NCBI RefSeq assembly: GCF_009914755.1
Contig: NC_060927.1
Direction: 5' to 3' (one strand)
DNA length: 64,000 bases
Origin: the human T2T-CHM13v2.0 reference genome, Homo sapiens
Made by a program: the position numbers and the translations under genes. The notes beneath the pieces were generated by a model that had not been told where the DNA came from, did not search any database, and saw only the letters and a list, made by a program, of their open reading frames with translations. This document shows positions 27,421 through 44,126 of this stretch, piece after piece (the first letter of the stretch is position 1; each line of letters starts with the position of its first letter).

Positions 27421-29790
27421 TATTAAGTCTTCTTCTTTTTATGAATCCACAATACCCTGGTCCAAAGGGAATCACTTGTTGCCATTTTCTTGTGACTCCT
27501 TTGAGAGATATTTTATGTCAATATAAGCATAATGTATGTCTCTGTGTCATGTTTTTCTTTTAAAGAAAATACAAATGGCCACATACTTTATTTAGCATTC
27601 ATTTTTCCCTTAATAATGTATTTGGAGATAGTTCCATGTCAACATGTATGTTCATTAGTATTCAAAGTATTTTATGGTTTAGATACACCACAGCTTAACT
27701 GGTCTCCTTTTGATGGATAATTAGATTGTTCCCATTTTTGACTGTAACATATTAGTTTATAACCCCGACGTTTGGAACAGAGTTAGGAGGTGGGGAGTAG
27801 GGATTGGGGAAGCAGGGAGGGAACAGTGTGTGGTTGGCATTTTTTCTTTTTTATTTTATACACTACTTTTTTTTTTTTTTTCCCAGGAAGAGGATTTGAG
27901 GCAGGTCATCTCCTCAATGGTTATGTAATAGTTGTTAAAAATTTAAATAGTTATTTAAATCTATTTGAAGAATATCTCTTCCTATTTGCAGAATGCTTCC
28001 TGTATACTAATAATAATGCTAAGTAAGTACAGGTGACTATAGTAGTATATTAAGATACAGGCCCAGATCTAGCTCATGGTGAAATAAGGAAGGGAGACAG
28101 ACCTAGAAATATGATCATATAATACTCCTTGCTAACATTATAGTACAGCCTTCTGCAAAAACACAGAGAAGGGAGTGACTAAACTATACTTTTCTTCCCT
28201 CATTGGGTTTTAGGTGAGCTCAGAAAAGGGAGTTGGAAGTTAGTGGTTGACTCAGTTGGATGATCTTTGTCACAAAGGAAAGAGAATGTCCTCTATTCTC
28301 TCCTGTTTGTAGTGACTAGAATCTGAGACTAGATTCATGGAGTAAAGCAGGCTGGCCTGCACTCTACTAAGTCAGCCTCTGGGAGAACTACCTATAAATT
28401 GCTTGGGATTATAAGCAGTACAAAATACTCAGGAACATGATTTCCTTATGTTTCAGTGTATACTCAGGAAAGGCATTGTATACTGTAGTATGATGCTGCT
28501 TCTGCACACAGTTGTGAAACTCTTGTTCATTGTTTGCCAAGGAATGGTTATATCTAAACATGGAGGAAAAAGGGGACCAGGGATAGGATGAAGTGCTGCG
28601 CTTTTCACTGGCTCCTTTTCATGACAAATAAGACGTTCTTCCATGAGCAGGCCTTGCTTTTCTTTCTTGTGTAGCTTCAAGGGCTACCTTTCTTTTGCTT
28701 ATTTGATTATATTTACTTTTAATTACAAAATGACTGTATTTCCACAAGTTATTCAGACACTGTTCCCTAGACTTCAATTCCATTAATCTCCACAAAAATT
28801 GCATTTGGCAAGGGAAAGGGGTGTGTTTGTGCAACATTAATGGTGTCATGAAATGCACTGGTCTCTTATTTGATTTGTTCATTTAATAATGTATGTTAGC
28901 ATTTCATGTCACAACATGTTGATTGACATTATTTCATGGATGTAATAGAAATAATTTAACCTTTCTACTGTTGCTGGCTGTTACTAGTTTTTGTTTTTTA
29001 TTACAAACAATGCTGCAGTAGAACCCCCTTGTACTTTCCCTGTAAATTGTGAGAGTTCCTCTAGGTTATCAAGAAATGGTTTTGCTACTCTTAGGATTTG
29101 GGGATTTTAAATTTTGCCAAAAACTTGTTTTTGCTAAAAAAAAACTAAGTTGTAGATTTGAATGGATAGTATAATATTGTTTACATTGGGAGAAAAGCCC
29201 AGATATGTCATCGGTATATAGTCTGTTAACCAGACTGATAATAGTTGAAAACTTTGGAGAGAGTACTTAGACTTGAGAATGATGGTCAAAGGGATTTTGG
29301 CTTTTTTAGTTGTGTTTAGGTTTTTAAAACAAGAATATTTTTCTATATTACGTGTTATAAATAGTTAAAACTATAGAGATGCCTGAGTAATTTCCATCTT
29401 TTTGTTACAGGCAAAGAATGTTCCCTGTTTTCAGTTGCATACTGATGATTTTAAAAATTTGATAATTCATTGGGGTATAGAAAAAAATATATTTCAAAAT
29501 GTAGAATTAGGTGAGGGTCACATTCTTTGGCCACTTTTATCCCGATCAAGAATATTTGATCACTTGTGTTTTCTAGATATTATAGTAAGAACCTTTCTAG
29601 CTTTCTTTTTAATGTGTGGGTTTCTAGTACCAGTGACAACAATTTTACTATTAGTCTTAATATCCTTTAATATAAAATAGGACATTTAAATATTGCTAGT
29701 ATTACATGAATATAGTAAACAATTGCTTAAATTATGTTACTCCAAAGAATAGATGTTTTTTGATACATAACTTTTTTTTTTTTTTTAAAG

Positions 29791-29846
29791 AGATGTGAAA
29801 GCTGGAAACATTCTTCTTGGAGAAGATGGCTCAGTACAGATTGCAG
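29791..29846 (+). CDS. OXSR1: OXSR1 exon 5 (56 nt): (R)DVKAGNILLGEDGSVQIA(D), catalytic loop
   Basis: T15-aaag acceptor, G|gtaatg donor; phase 2 to 1. Confidence 0.97.
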
Positions 29847-30519
29847 GTAATGATTAGTATTTCTTTTTATTTGATTTAATGGTCAGTAGAACCACATTAC
29901 TTATCTTTTATGTTTCCTTAATCAGCATTCTCTCCTGTTCCCTGGACCATCTCTATTCAAGCATCCTCTGTTGGCATGTCATAGGATGCCACCGACTCTC
30001 AAGATATCTTCTCATACTCATCCTTCATTTCTGCTCTTAGACATTTTTTTCTGACCATTACTTGTTTCCTTCCAGCTATCCACTCCTTACTTCCATTAGG
30101 GTCTTCTGCTATGGGTTCTCATAGCATTCTGTACTTTCCTTTAAAGGAAAAGTAGTTGAGGATCTTCATTGTGTTTAAGAATAAGTACGTTATATAGAGG
30201 CTATACAGAGCTTCTTCTGTCCTGGGGGAAATGGAGTATTTGTCAATTAGGAAAAAGTGCCTGAGAAGTAGAAGTGCACTTTTGGCAGTTTCAGAGCTGA
30301 AGGGATAAGAGTTGCAGTCCAGGGCCTACCAAAAGTGGCTATCCTGATGAAACACCCCCTCCTCCAGGCTGAGACTCCAGAACGACTGTACCCAGGGATT
30401 GTCTAGCAAGCAGATCATCTGAGAAAACCTCAGCTTGGTCCCAGACTGCTAGAACAGTCAGGTGTTTGGCAGGAGGAAGATAATCACCCAAATCTTAAAT
30501 TATTTCTTCATCTTTAAGA

Positions 30520-32490
<1,971 letters not shown>

Positions 32491-33474
32491 GCTTCTAACT
32501 TTTTCATACCTTATTACAGATAACACTTATTATAATGTATTATAATTGCCTGATTCCACCTTCTATATTAGAAGTTGCACAAAGGGGGGGACCTTGTCTT
32601 CCTTGATCATTACTTTTAATCCTGTCACATAATAGGCACCAAAGTCCATCTTGAACTTTAATTGAAATTTTGTTAATGAAGGAACTAAATTATTTTTTTC
32701 ACATCTAAGTTACTCTTTCTCTTTAGTTGGCAATTTAAAACGAAAGGCAAATGGCATTTTTGCTCTTTGGTTTCTGTTTTTAACTTTATGGTTGGATTGA
32801 TTATGTTTCCTTAGCATTGTAGCTGTGCAGGTTATTTAACAAGAATATTTTGGTAAAGGGGGTATTATCACTTACATTCCTTAGCTAAATGTTTTAACTA
32901 GTCTTCAGGGTTCACTTGGAAACAAGCAGAGGTATACCAGCTGAAGATACAAAAATTCTGGATCATTATTAAGTTCTGGGTTTAAAATTCTGAATATTTT
33001 AAAGCTACTTGAAGGTTTTTAGTAGGTTTTAAAAAGTAAAAACTCTTCATAATTCAACCTAAAAAATATGTTGTATATACATAAGTTGTTTGAGTCTTTA
33101 TCATATTTAAGTATTTTAAGGCACGACTTTGTCTCTCTGGTTAGTGATAAGAATACCTAGTACTTATTGAGTGTTTAGTATTAAAATATATTACAGGGAC
33201 TGTTCTAAGTATATTATTAAGTCATTTAATCCTTAACAACGACCTTGTTAAGTAAGTACTGTTACTGCCTCCTTTTTACAGATGAAGAAATTGTAGCACA
33301 AAGATTGAAAATACCTGCCCAAGTTCAGCTGACTAGTGGCAGAGCTGAATGCACTAAATGTACTTTTTCCCCTTCATATGCACTTCAAATTGTTTACTTT
33401 GTTATTGTTGTTACAAATGGAACATTTTAAAGTTTTTAGATATTTCCCGGTTTAGGAGTATTGAAAACTGTTAA

Positions 33475-33522
<48 letters not shown>

Positions 33523-33804
33523 AGAGAAAGCGTCTTGCTCTGTCACCCAGGCCAGAGTGCAGTGGTGCAAATGTAGTTCACTGCAGCCTCAAACTCGTAG
33601 GCTCAAGCAGTCCTCCTACCTCAGCCTCCCAAGTAGCTAGGGCTACAGGTGCCTGCCACAATGCCCAGCTAATTTTCTATTTTTTGTACAGATGGGGTCT
33701 CACTGTGTTGCCCAGGCTGGTCTTGATCTCTTGGCCTCAAGTGGTCCTTCTGCCTCAGCTTCCCAAAGTGTTGGGATTACAGAAATGAGCCACTGTGCCC
33801 AGCC
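33475..33804 (-). mobile_element. AluJ whose tail is a (GAT)15 microsatellite (33475-33519)
   Basis: Directly visible; AAGAT on both flanks. Confidence 0.88.
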
Positions 33805-34980
33805 AAGATTATTGTGTGTTTTTTTTTTATAATTCTAAGTGCATTCAGACAAGATTATTGTTTTTAAAACTGTACTATATAGACTTGCTATTTTTAAACT
33901 GTACTGTATAGACAAGCAATTATTTCAAATAATTGTTTGAAAATGGCAGAATTCATAGACTTCTGAATCTGGAATTTTAAAGTTTGCCATGCTAAAATTA
34001 GCCTTCTCACAATCGGGTTTTCTGTAATTTATTGTATTTTCAAATTTATTTCTATTTTCATAATTTCTATTTTATAATTCTGTTTTCAATTTGAAAATAG
34101 AACAAATTATGGACAAATACAGACTCATTTAACATAATGCAGAGTATTCTGGAATGGACACAAAACAAAAGGGGAGTCAGAAAAGGTGTATAAAAGTTGG
34201 ATAAGGTGTGTAAGAGCCTCACTATATTAGTTAAAGTTCTTTTGGTTGTATTGGAAATTATCACTGGCTGACTTAACAAAGCAGAAATTTTTGAAATACA
34301 CTAGGAAATACACAGAATAAAACAAATCTAGCCTCAGAATGGGCAGGAACCCAGTTGTGCTGGTGACCTTCAGGATGCTGTTAGCATGGCTCAGCTCCAG
34401 TGACCCTTAATTTCTTTGTCTTTCCATTCAAGCTTCACATTTCTAGGAGACTAATATAGGCCTACTTTGGATTAAGGTGTCTAACCCTGGCTCAAATCAG
34501 GTATGCCCAGGGATCAAGGTGAGGGAGTACAGATACACAACCAGGGCTATTTACAGAAAAGGGGGGATCATGGTGAGGCAGGCAGTCCTCCTCATCAGTG
34601 ACTGGTACTTTGGCTTCAGTATTGTGGGACAAAATCTTTGTAGAGAAAATCCTGAGGCTTAGAGAGGTGAACTAAGTTTACCAATGTCATACATCTACCA
34701 AGAGGTGAAGTTAGGATATGTGTTTAGAATTACGAACTCTGATTTATTTGGGGCTGAGTTCTTGAGAGCTCTTTGAATACTAAGCTAAAAAGGTTGGATT
34801 TCATTCTGTAGGAGTTTCTGAACTGAAAGGGCCATGTCAAAGTGATAATTTAAAAATGAATGGATAAATGAATCTGATAGTGGTATGTAGAGTGGATTAG
34901 AGCAAGGGGGAAAATCTGAGAAGATGATGATATGTGGGGGTGGAGAGGAATGGAGTGAGGTACCTGCTAAGCTATGTCTT

Positions 34981-35117
34981 TTTTGTTTTTTTTGTTTTGT
35001 AAAGATGAGGTCTCCCTATGTTGCTTAGGCTGTTCTTGAACTCCTGAGCTCAAGTGAGCCTCCTGCCTTGGCCTCCCAGAGTGTTGGGATTATAGGTGTG
35101 AGCCACTGTTCCTAGTC
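34981..35117 (-). mobile_element. Alu monomer (FLAM)
   Basis: TSD TAAGCTATGTCTT. Confidence 0.85.
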
Positions 35118-35238
35118 TAAGCTATGTCTTAATTTAGTCAAGAAGTTCAGCAAAAAGATAAGAAACTATCATGCTTTTTATTTATATATAGGATGTTCAC
35201 TACATTGTATTGTTTTCCTATTCATTTATGATAGTTGA

Positions 35239-35430
<192 letters not shown>

Positions 35431-35825
35431 TGAAACTGAAAAAACTTAATAGTGCTTGCTTTTCTTTGGCATACCAGGTTAGCTTTGGGAAACATGTCCC
35501 TGTTCCTTGGTTAGGATTTTAGTCCACCCTTGAAAAGAAAACAACAAAAACTCTCTAGAACTTTGCAAAGGATATATGAAACTCAGGAATAATATAATTG
35601 AGGTTTGTTTTAATAATTTTATTAGTACAAATTATACCAAATTTTACATATAGATTTATTGGTTTAATGATTTCTAAATTATGTCCAGTTTTGTTTCCTA
35701 AGCCTCCATATAGTTATTTCTAGTTCTTAATAGATGCTTCACATAAATGCCTTATAGGTATATCAAACTCAGTATGCTGCGAACCGAATTCATTTTTACT
35801 CTGTTTTAATCACCTGTATTCACCC

Positions 35826-36292
35826 TGTTGGTGAGGGAAGGATTCCCACTGTAAAGTTATGGGAATGGCTGAACATACAACACCTGACACTGGACAGATG
35901 AGATTGACAGCTGTCTATTAGTCACATATACTCACAGCCTAGGGGAGGAGGATAACTGCATGCTGTGCAGGACCAGCAGAGTTGCACTGAGTAACAGAAT
36001 GAACGAGAAGGGGCTTTGGAGACAGGCTTTGTAGTACCAGCAGATTGCGATGCCCCTTGGTTTCCTTGAGAAGATAAGATTGGCTGACACGGAACCGAAA
36101 TCTGCTTCTCAGGGGCAAGCAGGAACTGTACCTGGTCGTTTGATAAGGAGGATTGTTGGGCTAGGAGACATTATCTGCAAGAGCAGAGTGGGGAGGGGAA
36201 CTTCTGCTTAGGTCTCTAGAGGCCCTTCAGTTTTACCAGATGGCAGGGCAGCACATACTATTGATCCTTAATTTTAGGTCTTACACACTACA
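35826..36292 (-). mobile_element. ERVL-type solo LTR (MER54/73/74-like) inside an L2 fragment
   Basis: TG...CA termini, near-TSD CACCC/CACTC; family from memory. Confidence 0.55.
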
Positions 36293-36829
36293 CACTCCCC
36301 AAACCTATTTCTCCTATATTGCTTAGGATAGAAAATTAAAATTTATAACCATGTAATGTGCTGGTGACAGTGTATAAGTAGAGAAATTTGGCAACATATT
36401 CACTCTAAAAAGTTTAAAAGTATTCACAACCTTCCTAACTTTTTCATTATAGAAATTAAGGTGATAATACCATAATACAGATCCTTTGGAAAACAAAAAA
36501 GCTACCCCACTACAAAACATTTTGTTTTGATTCTTTCTAGTATTTTACTGTTTGTAAAAGTTTCAGGACGTATGAGCAATTTTGTGTTTTTTTCCTCATG
36601 TTTTATCACAAATGTTTTTTATATGTTCACATAGAATTAATAAATATTGCTTTTAATTGACTGTAATTTTAAAAATATACCATACTTAACAGTTTCTTCA
36701 CTGTTGGTGAACATTCAGTTTGTGTCTTTATTTTTTGTATTACCAAATATATTTAGATTTTGCCTACTTTATTTTATTGGTTTAAAGCTTATGAACACTT
36801 TCATTGTTCTTGGTACACATTAGAGGTAG

Positions 36830-37446
<617 letters not shown>

Positions 37447-37488
37447 AGAAGCTAACTTTTAAAAGTCCTTTTATGCTGGTAAAAATAA

Positions 37489-38060
<572 letters not shown>

Positions 38061-38268
38061 TGTTGAGAAGCTAACCATCTACAGCAGATTATTTACGTGA
38101 AATACACGTAATAACTCTGGGTTTTAAACAACTGATTCAGATATGAACTTACAGAAAATAAAATGTTTGTATGTTGGTCGGGGGGTGCCTGTATTGAAAA
38201 ATCTTGACCACAATAGTTAAACTTTACTGAGTCATCACAAGTTTATAGTATATTGAAAATTCTTGCAG

Positions 38269-38402
38269 GTTTTAATGCTGACACTGCAGAACGATCCTCC
38301 TTCTTTGGAAACTGGTGTTCAAGATAAAGAAATGCTGAAAAAATATGGAAAATCATTTAGAAAAATGATTTCATTGTGCCTTCAAAAAGATCCAGAAAAA
38401 AG
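38269..38402 (+). CDS. OXSR1: OXSR1 exon 8 (134 nt): [44 protein letters not shown](R)
   Basis: ttcttgcag acceptor, AG|gtaaaa donor; phase 0 to 2. Confidence 0.96.
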
Positions 38403-40149
38403 GTAAAATATGAGAAAAAGTCTACTTTTCTCTCTAATAAAACATTGTGAGAAGTCTAAGAATCACATACTCATATGTACAGGAAATTATTTTCAAAAGA
38501 ACTAAATATAAACTTTAAAAAAGTATACAGAGACCATTATACTGGATTGGAAATGAATTGATTTCTGCCTTCTTTGTAGTATACAGTGTACCCTAAATAG
38601 TTCAGCTTTTTCCTTGTTAATTTCTTACAAAGTTGTACATTGTGAATTCTGTATTAATAAATGCCAAGTTAGTGGAGAGATTTGTTTTTAATTTGCATTT
38701 AAAATTTATAAATGAATGTCTTAATGCCATTTACAGTATTAATAAAGGAAAGACACATAGAAAATTTATATTTAGTGTAATAATCATACTTATTTCCATG
38801 TTAGAAAGATATTTTAGTAAGTGGACCAAAAATTCAAATAGCTTCCTTATCAATGTTAGACAGATTGAATGACAAGTGAGCAAATAAATAAGAACATCCG
38901 ATATGTGTAACTTCATGAATTAAGCAGAATCGTAGAATGTTGGGGATCATTGAGTACAACCTTTTATTTTTGAGGTCACTTGATACTTAGTCATAGGAGT
39001 AGGACTTGAATCTCAAAGTCCTGATTCCTAACTTAGGGCTCTGTTCCTTCTGAATCTTATCTGTCTGTTTCACATATATATTCCACTCAGCTTCTTAGCA
39101 CTGAGTTCTTTAATTTTTGTTTCTCTAAAGATCATTAAAAGGGAAAGACTTTGATGTTCTTGATCACATCTCTAGTGTATGTAATAGGGTTTCAGAATTT
39201 ATTGTTGGAAATATTGGAAAGGGTAAGAAAAACAGGTAGCAAAATTTATACCTGTGTTTTTATAATTTTTTTTTTTCTGTTTCTGAGTAAACAGTTAAAA
39301 AAGACAGGAAACACTTTTCTTTTATCAAATTAGTTGGTTAAAGGAACAAAATTATCCTGTTACAAATACCTAGAAATGCCAGATAAAATCTATCCAACTT
39401 AAAGATTCTCAGATGCCAGAAATAATGAGGAAGCCCTAAGTTAAAGAAGAAATATTGTGAACTAATCCCATGGCTGTTTTCAGTGGGTCACTATTCATTC
39501 TGGTAACCTACTGATTTGGATTTATAACTCCCATGTGAAAACTGGAAGTGAGATCTTGGGTCCACCCAGTGGGGAGTTTGAACTGAGATTCTTCTTAAAG
39601 CTAAGAACTTCAGATGTCAGTATCCTTAGTAAAAGGATAGACAAGAATAAAAATTGTCATCACCAAGAGACAACAAAAACCTCTCCTGAATAATCAAGCC
39701 CTTCAACCTGGACATTCCACAGGTTTAGAGTCTATACTCCCTATGTTATCCAGGAACCCACAGGATTAGAAAGTTAAAAAAGCTTTACCAAATCAGTTTT
39801 TATTTTTGACGGAAGTAGTCACAGAGCTGCACTGGAAGAACACTTTCAAACTCTAGCTCCCATTGGATTCCTGAACATAATGCCCCACTGTAATAAGGTC
39901 ACAATCCAAAATTAAGAAACACACAGTGAAACAATGCATTATGAACTAGTTAGCAGACACAAGCAGAAGGATTAGTGCTCCAGAAGATTTAGGTAATGCA
40001 GTGAAAATCTGAAAAGATACAAAATTAAGTATATTGAAAATAATTAAAATTAGAAGAAATCAGACCCACAAGAGAAGACTGTGACTATGACAGAAGAACC
40101 AAATAGCAATGCCAGAAATGAAAAATACAGTGATTAATGTTTAAAACTT

Positions 40150-40760
40150 TCCATGAGTGTGAGCTGGACTTGTTGACTCACTTCTGATGAGTAGAGTATG
40201 AAAAAGGAAAAATAGCAACTTTACAATGCACCTCCTCTACCCAATGACCAAGGTTAACATCACTATTAATAATACATTGATAAGACTGATATGTGCCTCT
40301 TGATATGGTGCAATGAGAAGGGCATATATATAACCTGTGAGGTATTCTTCCTCCAAATCCGTAACTTCGGTCTATAATGAGAAAACATCAGACAAACCCA
40401 AATCGAGGAATATGCAGCAAGATACCTGACCAGCACTCTTCAAAACTGTCAAGGAAGAGAGACTAAGAAACTGTCACAGATTGGAGGAAATTAAGAAGAC
40501 GTGAAGACGGAAAGCAAGAGTATCCTATACTAGATCCTGGGACAGAAAAAGGACATTAGTGGAAAAACTGGAGAAATGGAATGAAGTCTGTAGTTTAGTT
40601 AATAGTATTGTACCAGTGTTGATATTTTAGTTGATTTCTTTATTATTATACTGTGGTTATGTAAAAGGTTCACAATAGCAGAAGGTGGTGAATGGCATGT
40701 AGGAACTCTGTACTAGCTTTGCAGCTCTTCTGTAAGTCTAAAATTATTATAAAACTTTAA
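40150..40760 (+). mobile_element. L1MC 3' UTR
   Basis: agaaaacatcagacaaacccaaa...gatcctgggacagaaaaaggacattag. Confidence 0.75.
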
Positions 40761-41242
40761 GAAAACTGGAAGCTATAGAAAATCTATTCCAGTTTGTAAA
40801 CCAAAATTAAACTTTGTTTAGAACATTGCTAAGTTAAAATAACACGCACAATGGACTGGTTAAACAGAACAACCAATAAAACAAAAAAGAGATTATTTAC
40901 TCATCAAGTACCAGGCACTGTGGTAAACACTTAACATATATTGTTTAATTCTCACAGTAATCCTTTGAGGATAGCACTGTTATTTTCTTTATTTTACAAA
41001 TGAAGAAACTGAATCACAGAGAGGTTAAGTAACCTTCTCCAAAGTCACACAGCTAATAAATGGTGGAATCAGAATTCTGACCCATGCAATTGGACTAGAG
41101 TTAACCTGTTTTAATCAGACTACACTATACTGAGGAAATTGCTCAGAATGTGGCACAGAAAGATCAAAGAGGGAATATGAAAGAAATATTAACATTTGGA
41201 GGGTAGACTGAGAAGGTTCAGTATGTTTGTGTGTATGCACAT

Positions 41243-41243
<1 letters not shown>

Positions 41244-41283
<40 letters not shown>
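41244..41283. repeat. (CA)20 microsatellite
   Basis: Directly visible. Confidence 0.97.
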
Positions 41284-41285
<2 letters not shown>

Positions 41286-41620
41286 TGTACGTATACATAT
41301 ACATGAACTTACCAGGAAAGACTAGAGAGAGTATAGGAGAAGCGATATTCAAAGAAATAATGGCTGAGAATTTTCGAGAGTTGATGAAAGACCTATATTC
41401 TCAGAGTAAAGAACCATCCCCCCAGAATTCCAAGCAGTGTCCCCCTTCTTCCACTTGTACAAGTTGCTGTGAAACTACTGGACACGAAGCAAAGACAAAC
41501 TCCTACAGGCAACCTCGGGGAACAGATTACCTACTGAGGATTAGCAGGTAGACTTGACAGCTACTTCCCCAATAACACAACAGTTGAGGCCAGCGTTTAG
41601 TGAAATGCTCAGAGAAAATG

Positions 41621-41830
41621 CAGTCATGTGTCACTTAAAATGATGAGGATACATTCTGTAATATGTGTATTAGGCAGTTTTGTCATTGTTTGAACATCGT
41701 GGAGTGTACTTACACAAACTTTGATGGTACAGCCTACTGCATGCCTAGGCTATTTAGTGTAGCCTGTTGCTCTGACTACTGTCAGATACACAGTATATTG
41801 TTGGCCAAAGCATTAAGAGGCTCATGACTG
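41621..41830. mobile_element. Tigger3/Golem-derived MITE inside an L1/HAL1 ORF1 relic
   Basis: Terminal inverted repeats CAGTCATG...CATGACTG; Tigger3-like interior (gagtgtacttacacaaac). Confidence 0.75.
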
Positions 41831-42218
41831 TGACTTTAACCCAGAGTTCTCCAGCTAGTCAGACTATCATTCAAGAATGAGCATGAAATTATTTTGCACA
41901 CAGAAATTGAGTTTTCCAGTCACGTTCTGTCACTTAAAGAACCCATAAGTTGTACTTTAGAAAGAAGGAAATGAAGTCAGAAGAAAGGAATGAATAATAA
42001 GAAGCAATGTTGAGCAATCACATTGTTGAGCATATTGAGAAGCAATTGTTGAGCATATGAAAAAATAAGAGTGATAATGTAGGATTTCAGTTTGCATAGC
42101 ACTTTCACATTTATTCAGCTTTTTAATCTTTATAATAATCATCTGAGGTGCTGGTTCTTAAACTTGAATGCCTATTGGAATTACCTGGGGAGTTTTAAAC
42201 ATTACTAAAGCCAATTAA

Positions 42219-42564
<346 letters not shown>

Positions 42565-43382
42565 CTGGTCATTGGGATTTTTACATTCTTCCCAGATAGT
42601 TCAATGCACAGCAGTGTTTAAGAACTTAGGGGCTTGGCCAAGTAATACTGAACCTTAGAGAGGTTGTGATTTGCTCAGGATCAGGTAGGTGTGTGGCAAA
42701 ATCAGGTCCAGTCTCTTAAATGTTAAATTCTTTATTCTGAATGATACTCTTTTAAAAGCTTGTAAAATTGACAGTCGTGTCTTTACTTAAAAGGAAATAA
42801 GACCATGAAGAAATGAGTTAAACACTGAGTTTTGTTAAATTTGGGGAATATACTTTTAGAATTTTCATTTTTAAAGGGAGATTGTGAAATCTGTTTTTAG
42901 GGATCTGTGGTTACCTAAATTGAAGGCTGGCAGGCTACCATGTGGCAAGAAGTGGAGGTCTTGATTTGGTCCATTTCCTCTTTGTGTGTTTAAATATATT
43001 TTTATGCCTTGCTAAAAATGTTAGATAGATATTTTCTAGCTTACTTATTGGGAAATAATATTAAATATTAAATTAATATTATTAAATAGCAAATATATTA
43101 GACTCTATTAAGAAATCATGCTTCCAGAAAAAACATTTCACTAATGATTTTTTCAAAGAATCTACAATAATTATCAGAATATTTGTTTTGAGTTTTTTAT
43201 TTTATTCAATGTCCTGTATCAAGTTTATTTTACTTTTGCTTTTTAGCAGTTTAAGGAAAGTAGAGTATACTGAGTTTTTATTTTGCTGTTGAAAAAAATT
43301 TTTTCTCATTTTTGATGATGGAATCTGACATTACACTTGAATTAATTATAAAAACTTTTCTTCCCTCCCTTCCTGGTTTTAG

Positions 43383-43431
43383 ACCAACAGCAGCAGAACT
43401 ATTAAGGCACAAATTTTTCCAGAAAGCAAAG
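43383..43431 (+). CDS. OXSR1: OXSR1 exon 9 (49 nt): (R)PTAAELLRHKFFQKAK, end of kinase domain
   Basis: ggttttag acceptor, AAG|gtagga donor; phase 2 to 0. Confidence 0.96.
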
Positions 43432-44060
43432 GTAGGAAATTCCAGCTTTTGATTATGTGTGTTCATAGGATGCTCCTCAATTACTCAGATTATGTTCAGT
43501 GCTTAGAAGTTGGATGATTATGTTTGGAAAAATGATGGTAGATAAAATAATTGCAGAAAGCACTATGTATACAGTCTTTGATAATTAAGATAATTGCTTC
43601 AGAATTTAGTAAATCCGTTTTTAAATATTAGGTTAAACTGATCATAGGAACAATGATTATTAAATTTTGCCATTATAAATATAATTTGTGAAAAATACCG
43701 AACTCTGGTTTTAAGGTTTACTACTGAATTTGTAAACATCTCATTTCCCAAATATATCAGATAGTAGGATGTTACTGTAGTTGGAAATGTAGGACCATGA
43801 TCTCAAAGAACATACAGTACAGCAAACTCTTCATAGACAGTGGTTCATACAGTGTACTACATCTTAATTTTCTGCCTCAATTTATGAAACTGTGGTAGTA
43901 ACATACTAAAGGAGCTTCAGAGTGAAAGAATGAAAGTTTTTCTCACACTTCATTACAGAACAGTTACTATATCACATTTTGATTATGGTGAACTTTTTTG
44001 TGGGTTTTTTTTGGTACCTTAAAAACTTGTAAGAACAAAATACTTACTTTTCCTCTCCAG

Positions 44061-44126
44061 AATAAAGAATTTCTTCAAGAAAAAACATTGCAGAGAGCAC
44101 CAACCATTTCTGAAAGAGCAAAAAAG
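44061..44126 (+). CDS. OXSR1: OXSR1 exon 10 (66 nt): NKEFLQEKTLQRAPTISERAKK
   Basis: tcctctccag acceptor, AAG|gtaaat donor; phase 0 to 0. Confidence 0.96.
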
